64,000 nucleotides of DNA from Lachnospiraceae bacterium (GTDB lineage Bacteria > Bacillota_I > Bacilli_A > RFN20 > CAG-826): the NCBI GenBank assembly GCA_963654425.1, contig CAVKAR010000004.1, positions 5,293 through 69,292 on the forward strand, in the 5' to 3' direction. Numbering within the stretch: position 1 is the first letter of the stretch; every line of letters begins with the position of its first letter. The notes below the pieces were generated by a model. The model did not search any database. It was not told where the DNA came from and saw only the letters and a program-made list of their open reading frames with translations. The translations under genes were made by a program, and so were the position numbers. Positions 27,297 to 35,324 of the stretch are shown here, piece after piece.

Positions 27297-28685
27297 ATGC
27301 CCATTGACCAAAAATTAATCGATATTCAAAAACGCACGCACAATAACGAAGTGCAGATTTTGCATAGCAAGACATGTTCTTGCCTTTTTTGCCGTCAAAC
27401 TTACGATGCCAGGCTAGTCAATGATTGGGTCAACGACGAACACGGAATGAATGCGATTTGCCCTGAATGCGGCATGGATGCCGTCATCGGCGATAATGGC
27501 GGAGAGCCTATCGACAAGGCTTTGCTCAAAGAACTGAATCTCGCTTTCTATGGCGAAGATTACATGAGCGGGCATCCTGATGCGGCTTTTAAATTCGTAA
27601 AGCGATACCAAGAAGGGAAAATAACTCACAAAAAGACAAACGAAGCCTTATATATCCAATATTTGGCCTTGCTAGCGGGGCAAGGGCGCGCGGATGCCGC
27701 TTTTTCATTGGGAATCCTGTATGAATTCGGGGATGAATTTACAGAAAAAGACCCTAAAACAGCTTTTGGGTATTACGGTTCGCCTTCCTTGCGCGATGAT
27801 GGCGAAGCGCTCGCCAGAATGGGGATTATGTGTGCCAATGGAGCAATCGGAAAAGCGGATGAGCGAGGCGCCTACGAAGCCTTTGCCAAAGGAATGGCGA
27901 TGGGCAGCTTAAAAGCCTTTATCGGTTTTTCCGATTGCTATATGGACGGCATCGGCGTGAATCCTGATTCCTTCTTCGCTTTTGATTTGCTCGCCTCTAT
28001 TTGGAATGAATCGTATCATCGTTTCACCCTTTCAACAGGCAAGGATATCAATGTTTTCCCTGATTTATGCTACCGTCTTGGCCTTGCTTATGAATTGGGG
28101 ACAGGGACGTTAAAGGATTTGCCGACTGCCTTGCGCTTTTATCTTTTGTCCGAATTCGCTTATCGACTTAAAGAAAGCGTATCTGAATTATTGGAAGAGG
28201 ACAAAAAAGCCTTCGACGATCTTGAAAAGAGGATAGAAGAAGCGGCCAAAACCCTTAATGTTGCCAGAGGCGACCCAGCTTTTGACAACGACACTTTCTC
28301 CGATTCGCTGCTTTCAAACGACCCAGACTCTTTGTTTATGGGCAAAATGACGATAATCACTCATATTTTCAACAAAGAAGATAATTCGTTTGAAATTGAT
28401 GTCAAATATTCTTTGCCTCCGCTTATTATCGATATCGGCAACCTTTATTGCGCTTTTACGCCTGGCTTGATTCATTGGCGATTCGATGACGTTTCAAGTG
28501 CGGTTGTCGGCAAAAACCGCGTGTTCGATCGCATTAGCGGGGATCCGGATGTTGGATGGACGTTTATGATGGGCGGCAGTCTCAACGCTGAGCCTATAGC
28601 AACGATAAATTTCCTTCAAAGCAAAGACGCGGAAAGCGAAAAAACCGCACAAGGGAATGACGAGGAAGAGAAAACAAAAGCATGA
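27297..28685 (+). CDS. Zinc-ribbon plus Sel1-like repeat protein
   Basis: N-terminal CSCLFC...CPECGMDAVIG (two CxxC pairs). Sel1/TPR-like repeats follow (AAFSLGILYEFGDEF..DPKTAFGYY; ALARMGIMCANG; LCYRLGLAYELGTG..DLPTALRFY). Confidence 0.7.
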   Translation: MPIDQKLIDIQKRTHNNEVQILHSKTCSCLFCRQTYDARLVNDWVNDEHGMNAICPECGMDAVIGDNGGEPIDKALLKELNLAFYGEDYMSGHPDAAFKFVKRYQEGKITHKKTNEALYIQYLALLAGQGRADAAFSLGILYEFGDEFTEKDPKTAFGYYGSPSLRDDGEALARMGIMCANGAIGKADERGAYEAFAKGMAMGSLKAFIGFSDCYMDGIGVNPDSFFAFDLLASIWNESYHRFTLSTGKDINVFPDLCYRLGLAYELGTGTLKDLPTALRFYLLSEFAYRLKESVSELLEEDKKAFDDLEKRIEEAAKTLNVARGDPAFDNDTFSDSLLSNDPDSLFMGKMTIITHIFNKEDNSFEIDVKYSLPPLIIDIGNLYCAFTPGLIHWRFDDVSSAVVGKNRVFDRISGDPDVGWTFMMGGSLNAEPIATINFLQSKDAESEKTAQGNDEEEKTKA

Positions 28686-30412
28686 AAGAAAAACATACGG
28701 CTTTGACGGCCTTGAAGAAATATTCGTTTCGTTTTTGGATTGCGCCATTTTTGAAACTAATCGAATGCGTAATCGAATTGGCGACCCCATTTATCGTTCG
28801 TTTCATCATCGATAAAGGCATCAAGAATGGCGATTTTGATTACGTTCTTAAACTGGGGCTTCTTTTGTTCTTGCTTTCCCTAGTGGCTTTTTGCGTCACG
28901 ATGGTTGCCCAATATTTTGCCGCTAGAGTGTCGGCGGATTACGGCCATGATTTGAAAGAAGAGCTATATGAGCATATGTCCTCTTTGAGCGAGAAACAGC
29001 TCAATGAATTCGGGAAGCCCAAGGTGTTAACGCTACTAAGCAATGACTCATTTTCGATGCAAAATGGCGTAATGATGTTTATGCGCCTTTTCCTGCGCCC
29101 GCCGTTTTTGATAATCGGTGCCACTATCATATCCTTTTTGCTCGATTGGAGGGCCGGTCTTATTTTTCTTGGCGTCGTCATTCTTTCTAGCGCCGTAATC
29201 GCATCGGTTATCGTTTTGTCTCCAAAAAAGTACGCTCTCGTGCAAGGGAATCTAGATGAAATTTCATCTTTAGGAAGCGACACGCTTAAAGGGGCTAGGC
29301 CGATAAGGGCGTTCAACAAAGAAAACTACGAAGAAGCGAAATTCGTTGAAAGCAGTTCTTCATACCAGAAACGTTCCCTTTCAATCGCCAAACTCAATTC
29401 TTTTGTCAATCCGCTGACTTTCTTTTTCGTTAACGCCGGAATGATCTTGGTGGTTTACTTAGGCGGAATAACAATTCAAAGCGGCGAGCTTACGACTGGC
29501 AAAATCGTTTCCCTCATTTCCTTTTTGACGCTTGTGCTCAACGCTCTTGTGATGTTCTCAAGGATGATCGTATCCCTCAATCGCGCAAAAGCCAGCATGA
29601 GAAGGATCAATGCTTTCTTTGCCTTAGAGCCTTCGATTTTGAATGAGCCTAAGGAAGCGGGGAAAAAAGTGGTGAGCGATTGCCCGCTTTGTTCTTTCAA
29701 AGATGTTTCTTTATCTTATGGGGGAGAAGGCAAAAACGCCGTGTCTCATCTTTCTTTTTCAATATATCCTGGCCAATCGATAGGCATAATCGGAGGAACT
29801 GGCAGCGGCAAGAGCACGCTCGTAGCTCTGCTGGAGCGGCTTTACGATCCTACGGAAGGCTATATTGAATATCGTGGAGTCGATTTGAAAGACTATGACC
29901 TCGACTCGCTTCATAAAGAAATATCGCTCGTGAGCCAAAAGCCGTCTTTATTCAAAGGAAGCATTCGATCGAATCTCCTTCTTGGAAAAGAAGATGCCAG
30001 CGAAGAGGAAATGGTGGAGGCTTTGAAAGATTCTTTAGCGTACGAATACGTATCTCGCTACAGCGATTTCCTCGATCATGGGGTCGAAGAGGCCGGAGCC
30101 AATTTAAGCGGAGGCCAGAAACAGCGTCTTCTCATCGCCCGTGCCTTGCTAAAAGGAGGGGATATCCTCATTCTTGACGATTCGACAAGTGCTTTGGACT
30201 ACATCAGCGACAAAAAAGTACGCGCGAATATCGGAAAGAGAGAAGGGCTTACGAAGATAATCATCTCTCAGCGTGCGACGACTCTTGCCGATTGCTCATT
30301 GATTCTTGTTATGGACAAAGGCGAAATCGTAAGCAGCGGCACTCACGAAGAATTGCTTAAAAAATGCCAGATTTACCAAGATATTTATGAAATGCAGGTG
30401 GCAAGCAGATGA
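28682..30412 (+). CDS. ABC exporter half-transporter (TMD-NBD) carrying the degenerate nucleotide-binding site
   Basis: Six TM helices plus an NBD. Walker A GGTGSGKST and signature LSGGQKQR are canonical. Walker B is ILILDDSTSALD (catalytic Glu replaced by Asp) and the H-loop is IIISQRATT (His replaced by Gln). Confidence 0.9.
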   Translation: MKEKHTALTALKKYSFRFWIAPFLKLIECVIELATPFIVRFIIDKGIKNGDFDYVLKLGLLLFLLSLVAFCVTMVAQYFAARVSADYGHDLKEELYEHMSSLSEKQLNEFGKPKVLTLLSNDSFSMQNGVMMFMRLFLRPPFLIIGATIISFLLDWRAGLIFLGVVILSSAVIASVIVLSPKKYALVQGNLDEISSLGSDTLKGARPIRAFNKENYEEAKFVESSSSYQKRSLSIAKLNSFVNPLTFFFVNAGMILVVYLGGITIQSGELTTGKIVSLISFLTLVLNALVMFSRMIVSLNRAKASMRRINAFFALEPSILNEPKEAGKKVVSDCPLCSFKDVSLSYGGEGKNAVSHLSFSIYPGQSIGIIGGTGSGKSTLVALLERLYDPTEGYIEYRGVDLKDYDLDSLHKEISLVSQKPSLFKGSIRSNLLLGKEDASEEEMVEALKDSLAYEYVSRYSDFLDHGVEEAGANLSGGQKQRLLIARALLKGGDILILDDSTSALDYISDKKVRANIGKREGLTKIIISQRATTLADCSLILVMDKGEIVSSGTHEELLKKCQIYQDIYEMQVASR

Positions 30413-32145
30413 AAAAAATCAGCGCTCTTAAACCATATTTAGCCAAATGCAAAGGCTCTATCGCCATTGCGCTTTTATGCGCGCTTGTCTCTATTGGCGG
30501 AAAATTATTCATTCCTCTTCTAGCGGGCAAAGCCGTCAATTATCTTTCGGAGTGCGATGGCCATGTCGACTTTTCAAAACTCGGCGTCTTTATCACGCTT
30601 ATGGTTATCTGTCTTGTCCTTGGGACCGTTTTTAGATACTTTTTCGATTATCTGACTTCCTATGTTGGGCAACGTATTACGAAAGACCTTCGCGATGATG
30701 TCTATCGCAGCTATCTTCATTCTTCGGTTTCTTATTTGGATAAAAACGAAAAAGGCAATCTTTTGCTTCGCTTGGTGAATGACGTCGAAAACGTTCAAAA
30801 TGGTTTGGTAAGCGGTGGGGCGGCTTTTTTCGATGGGATTGTGGCAATAGCCCTTACGATTGTTTTCATGTTCACCATCAACTGGGCTTTGGCTCTGCTT
30901 GTCGTCGGTTTGACGCCTCTTTCGATGCTCGTCAGCAAATTCGTGAGCAAATGGAATTCAAAATATTTCAAATCGCAAGCTTCAAGCGCTGGGAAGATTC
31001 ACGCTTTCGGCCTTGAATCGCTTAATAACAGCGAAGCAATATCGACGTTCAATCTTAAAGAGAAAAGAAAGGAAGATTTCGCCTCTTTGAACGAGGATTT
31101 CCGCAAGAATGTTTTCAAAGCTTCCTTCGGAGCCTCGCTCATCAATCCCTCAACGCGTTTGGTCAACAATTTCATCAATGCGGCCATCATCACGGTCGGA
31201 GCCATATTTATTGTCAAAGACGTCAATCTTGGCATCGCCTTCCTCGTTGGCGATTTGTCCAGTTTCCTTATCTATGCCAGCAACTATATGGCTCCATTCA
31301 ACGAAATCAGCGACGTTATCAGCGAAATAAGCTATGCTTTCGCATCTTTTAAGCGTATTGACGAGGCAATTCATGCTCCTTCTGATGTCAACGAAGGAGA
31401 GAAATCCATAAACGGACAAATCGAAAGCATAAAAGCGGAACACGTTGATTTTTCTTACGATGAGTCGCGTAAAATAATCGATGATTTCTCTCTTGATGTG
31501 AAAAAAGGGCAAAAGATTGCTTTCGTTGGCCCAACAGGCTGTGGCAAAACGACCATCATAAATCTTTTGATGAGATTCTACGATCCTCAGAAAGGATGCT
31601 TTGAGGCAAATGGCATTTCGACTATCGACTTGGAAAAACAAGCTTATCGTTCTCATCTTGGCATGGTGCTCCAGGATACCTGGGTATTCTCTGGGACAGT
31701 ATACGAGAATATTGCTTACGCTAAACCTGGCGCTAGCTTAGAAGAGGTGAAAGAAGCGGCGAAGAAAGCGCAAGCCAATGATTTTATCGAGCGCCTTCCG
31801 CGAGGGTATGACACCTTCATAACCGATAGCAGCGGGTTATCTCTTGGCGAAAAACAGCTTCTTTGCGTAGCGCGCGTCATGCTGCTTTCTCCAGAAATCG
31901 TCATTCTTGATGAAGCGACAAGCAATATCGATATAAGGACCGAAAGCCTGTTGTCCAGATCGTTCGATGAGCTAATGAAAGGCAAAACAAGCTTCGTGGT
32001 GGCTCATCGTTTATCGACGATTCGGAAAAGCGACCTGATTGTCGTGCTTAAGGATGGCAAAGTTATCGAAAAAGGCAATCACGACTCCTTGCTCGCCGAA
32101 AAAGGCTTTTATTACGAGCTCTACGAGTCTCAATTCAGTCATTGA
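30409..32145 (+). CDS. ABC exporter half-transporter (TMD-NBD) carrying the consensus catalytic site
   Basis: Walker A GPTGCGKTT, Walker B VILDEATSNID, H-loop VVAHRLSTI. The signature is degenerate, LSLGEKQ. Start and stop overlap with the partner gene (ATGA). Confidence 0.9.
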   Translation: MKKISALKPYLAKCKGSIAIALLCALVSIGGKLFIPLLAGKAVNYLSECDGHVDFSKLGVFITLMVICLVLGTVFRYFFDYLTSYVGQRITKDLRDDVYRSYLHSSVSYLDKNEKGNLLLRLVNDVENVQNGLVSGGAAFFDGIVAIALTIVFMFTINWALALLVVGLTPLSMLVSKFVSKWNSKYFKSQASSAGKIHAFGLESLNNSEAISTFNLKEKRKEDFASLNEDFRKNVFKASFGASLINPSTRLVNNFINAAIITVGAIFIVKDVNLGIAFLVGDLSSFLIYASNYMAPFNEISDVISEISYAFASFKRIDEAIHAPSDVNEGEKSINGQIESIKAEHVDFSYDESRKIIDDFSLDVKKGQKIAFVGPTGCGKTTIINLLMRFYDPQKGCFEANGISTIDLEKQAYRSHLGMVLQDTWVFSGTVYENIAYAKPGASLEEVKEAAKKAQANDFIERLPRGYDTFITDSSGLSLGEKQLLCVARVMLLSPEIVILDEATSNIDIRTESLLSRSFDELMKGKTSFVVAHRLSTIRKSDLIVVLKDGKVIEKGNHDSLLAEKGFYYELYESQFSH

Positions 32146-32676
32146 CTATAGACGTTTGAAGAGTAATTGCTGAGGGGTATTTGAATATTCGAATTTTTCC
32201 AAATCAATCCTTTTGTAGCCGTTTTTGCGTAGATATTCGATGCCTTTGGCGTTTGAGACATCTAGCGAGGAGAAAAAGAGAAAGCGTGGGAATTCCCGTT
32301 CGATACAAGAAAGCATCTCACGCCCTATTTTTCTGTTGCGATACAGAGGATCGACCGATAGATAAGCAAGCACCATTACGTCCTCGTTCATCTTCCATTC
32401 CGTTTTGCCAATAAGCTCCATGAGTTTTCCACCGTCGTGGCTTTTGGGATAAAAATAGGAACTGACGTCCTTTTCGACGATGGCTAAAGCGACAATAGCT
32501 TTCCTGATGGTGGCAAGATAACATTTGCCACCAGATATCGACTCCTTAAGTTTCTCTTCGCCCACTATTGGCATGGGAAAGAGTATATTGTCGTATTTCG
32601 CGCTGGCGGCCGCTCTTCTTAAAAGCCTATTCGCTTCATTTATGTCAGCTTCTTTGGCTTTTCGGTAAATTATCAT
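32146..32676 (-). CDS. GNAT-family N-acetyltransferase
   Basis: Acetyl-CoA motif-A-like LSVDPLYRNRKIGREML, 176 aa. Its stop abuts the convergent ABC gene stop with no spacer. Confidence 0.7.
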   Translation of the reverse strand: MIIYRKAKEADINEANRLLRRAAASAKYDNILFPMPIVGEEKLKESISGGKCYLATIRKAIVALAIVEKDVSSYFYPKSHDGGKLMELIGKTEWKMNEDVMVLAYLSVDPLYRNRKIGREMLSCIEREFPRFLFFSSLDVSNAKGIEYLRKNGYKRIDLEKFEYSNTPQQLLFKRL

Positions 32677-32701
32677 GCGAATACCTTAACACGATTGAGG
32701 T

Positions 32702-33199
32702 ATGATTTGGCTTATGAAAGAACGCTCAGAGAAAACAATCTCAAGGGTAATGAGCCGCATAAAAGGCAAAAACACTGGCATAGAGATCGCCCTTAGAAAA
32801 GAACTATATCGCCTTGGCGTCAGATATCGCCACAATACGAGCCGTGTTTATGGCCATCCCGATATCTCGATTCAAAAATACAAGGTGGCCATATTCTGCG
32901 ACAGCGAATTCTGGCATGGTTACAATTTCGAGGAGAACAAGAAGAAACTTCATAAGAATCTTGATTATTGGATCCCGAAAATCGAGCGCAATATCGCTCG
33001 CGATAAAGAGGTGAATGAAAGGCTCGAGGAAGAAGGATACACTGTCATTCGCTTTTGGGGCGAAGAAATCAATAGCGATGTGACGAAATGCGCGAAAAAG
33101 GTTGTTGAAACATTAACGGAAAAAGGCTGGAAAGAAGCGAAAGAAAACCCGGCTTTGTGGAAACCGGGCATCAAGCATTCGACTAAGGGCGAAGATTAG
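32702..33199 (+). CDS. vsr: Very-short-patch-repair (Vsr)-like endonuclease
   Basis: SRVMSRIKGKNTGIEIALRKELYRLGVRYR...YGHPDISI...VAIFCDSEFWHG...W..KIERNIARDKEV...GYTVIRFW matches the Vsr pattern MSRI..K.T.PE..LR..L...G.RYR...LPG.PD...A.FV.GCFWH. An alternative start is ATG 32714. Confidence 0.75.
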   Translation: MIWLMKERSEKTISRVMSRIKGKNTGIEIALRKELYRLGVRYRHNTSRVYGHPDISIQKYKVAIFCDSEFWHGYNFEENKKKLHKNLDYWIPKIERNIARDKEVNERLEEEGYTVIRFWGEEINSDVTKCAKKVVETLTEKGWKEAKENPALWKPGIKHSTKGED

Positions 33200-33696
33200 T
33201 CTTCGTCTTTTTTCTTATTGCGGCCAGTGTAGGCGCCAATAAGGCATAGAGCAGCGGATAAATACATAAACACCGCGTTAGTGATGAAAGCAGTACCGAG
33301 AGTCAATGAATTGCTGACCTCTGTTCCTAATTCGCCAACGAAGACGTTGCCGGTATTGGAAGCGATGAAGAATGGCTTAGCAAACAAAGCTAGAGTAGCG
33401 CCAGCTATTCCGATAACGCCGATCAGCAAATACAAAGGCCCGCGCCCTTTTTCTGGAACGAAGAAGGAAGCGAATGGCAAAAAGATTACCAAGCAATCGC
33501 ATAAAAAAGCGATAAATAAGCCTGTGCAGAAGACAGTATTGCGGCTTTCGTAGCCGAAAATCGTCTCAAAACCGGTTCCCCAAACAGGGCCCGCGTCATC
33601 GCCAAAAGCATCAGCAAAAAGAACGCAAATGCTGATAATGGCCAATAAACTTGTAACAAGAGCAAGTATCGTATTTCCGTTATTGTTTTTCTTCAT
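33196..33696 (-). CDS. Hypothetical membrane protein (4-5 TM)
   Basis: 166-aa hydrophobic ORF. A candidate promoter TTGCCC-17-TATAGT lies upstream on the minus strand. No family recognised. Confidence 0.5.
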   Translation of the reverse strand: MKKNNNGNTILALVTSLLAIISICVLFADAFGDDAGPVWGTGFETIFGYESRNTVFCTGLFIAFLCDCLVIFLPFASFFVPEKGRGPLYLLIGVIGIAGATLALFAKPFFIASNTGNVFVGELGTEVSNSLTLGTAFITNAVFMYLSAALCLIGAYTGRNKKKDED

Positions 33697-33881
33697 ATCA
33701 AAGTCAAGTCCTTACGTTTCATAACTATACCCTCGAAGAAATGCTTGGGCAACACACTTTTACAAAGTAAAACATGGTAAATACTCTCTTCTCTTCCCTT
33801 TTTCGCCCAATAGGCATTTCTTCAAAGCGAAAGACTAAATTGAGATAGGCATGAATTGAAATAGGAAGAGAGCGGCAAACC

Positions 33882-35324
33882 TTATTGCTTTTTGCTCCTT
33901 TCCTTGAGAATTTCGCAGATTTTATACCCGCCATCATAATGCCCTTCCTTTTTGAGTTCGCCGATTCGTCTGATCATAAATCTTAGTAAATCTGTATCAT
34001 CAATGATGTTCGTGAGTTCTCTCTCCATCGACCTTTCATCCGGGCATTCCTTGAAAGCATCGCCCATTTCGCGCCCATATATGCCCCCATATACTTCGTG
34101 TCCGCCAATATGGCGCATGAATAATTTCGGCACGGGATAGAAGACTAGCTCACTCGGTTTCGTGATTAATAAGTCTGTGACGCGCATCAGCAAGTTCGTG
34201 GAATAGACGGCCTCGAAAATATCTTCGTTATAAAAACAATGGATCCCTTGGGCTTCGCCATCTCTGATTTTGTCAACGAAAGAGCAGAATGAATCGTATT
34301 CATTGAAGAAATTCGTCGATTCGAAGTTGGGTATTTCCCTTTTCACGATTTCGTAAACGTCCTTGTGGTCGCCGAAATTCATGAAGAGCGACACTTTGCC
34401 GCTTTGCGCATATGGCATAAGGAATTTAATCATCGAAACGAATAAATCGCTTCCAGCTCCCGCTCCGCCTACGCTTAAGAGAATGCGTAACGGTTTTTTC
34501 TCATCGAGTCTCTTCAATCTTCGTTTGTTGTCGTCCTCCAAGTTAATCAAAAATTCGTGATCGACATAACATCCGACGTACTTGATATCCTCGTCTTTCA
34601 TCCCGCGAAGCTCTTTTTTTGAGAAGCCGTCGAGCGTTTTGTATCCATAATAGGCGAATGGCGTTTGGACGGTATGGACTGCCCCTTCGCTCAAATGGAG
34701 AGCCATTGGCCAGTTATCGGGGATTGCGTTGCAGACGTTTTGCATACCTGCGTGGATAGCGCCTTGCGATGGCCAAACGTGAGTTGCGATATAAGGGATA
34801 TCTTTCGGTATATTCCTGAAGATTGGCACTAAAAGCTCAGCGTTTTTCTGATCTTTGGCGTTGTACTCGATTTTTTTGAACCCTTCGCTATTGAGCGGCT
34901 CCCAAACGAGGCGATTGAACAATTTCGATTTTTGAGAGATGCGGCTTGCGAGCGAATACATATCGTTCTGCTTTCTGATCATTTTGCTGCCTGTGGCATC
35001 GAAAGAAGCCAAATCGAGCCAATAAGGGGTATAGCCCATGGCTTTTGCGCAGCTAGCCAAAGCGATCGAGATTCGATAATGCCCAAATCCCATTCGGATA
35101 TTGCCGACGATAAGGGCGTCATCGCTGAATTTCTCGTCTTTTTCCTTGAAGACGATTTCTTTTACGCCGATTCCGCTTAAGGTTTTGTTGTCGATGAATC
35201 CCAAATGATAATTCTTATTCGAGTCATCGCCGAATTCCTTGATGAATTTCGCCTTGCTTCTGCAAGCGCTTTTTATTGTCTTTTTGTCTATTTTGTTTCC
35301 GAAAATCACAGAGGTCTTATCCAT
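33882..35324 (-). CDS. Putative glycosyltransferase, MGDG-synthase/UgtP-like (GT28-type)
   Basis: N-domain GNIRMGFGHYRISIALAS (G.GH..aa.al pattern). C-domain LLSVGGAGAGSDLF and TDLLITKPSELVFYPVPKLFM..IGGHEVYG resemble the MGDG-synthase C-terminal signature. Last gene of the TetR-GPH-GH36 operon. Confidence 0.5.
   Translation of the reverse strand: MDKTSVIFGNKIDKKTIKSACRSKAKFIKEFGDDSNKNYHLGFIDNKTLSGIGVKEIVFKEKDEKFSDDALIVGNIRMGFGHYRISIALASCAKAMGYTPYWLDLASFDATGSKMIRKQNDMYSLASRISQKSKLFNRLVWEPLNSEGFKKIEYNAKDQKNAELLVPIFRNIPKDIPYIATHVWPSQGAIHAGMQNVCNAIPDNWPMALHLSEGAVHTVQTPFAYYGYKTLDGFSKKELRGMKDEDIKYVGCYVDHEFLINLEDDNKRRLKRLDEKKPLRILLSVGGAGAGSDLFVSMIKFLMPYAQSGKVSLFMNFGDHKDVYEIVKREIPNFESTNFFNEYDSFCSFVDKIRDGEAQGIHCFYNEDIFEAVYSTNLLMRVTDLLITKPSELVFYPVPKLFMRHIGGHEVYGGIYGREMGDAFKECPDERSMERELTNIIDDTDLLRFMIRRIGELKKEGHYDGGYKICEILKERSKKQ

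Noticed and set aside
31150-31656. 168-aa antisense ORF inside the second ABC exporter gene. The same class of ORF occurs at 283..801, 3401..3766, 10027..10458, 10639..11073, 55453..55869, 56876..57211 and 62838..63233.
   Set aside because: These are shadow ORFs opposite well-supported genes. No independent signals support them.
33725-33937. 70-aa ORF in the spacer between the GT gene and the membrane protein gene
   Set aside because: It overlaps the 3' end of the GT gene and a candidate promoter (TTGCCC-17-TATAGT). It has no SD and no recognisable sequence features.
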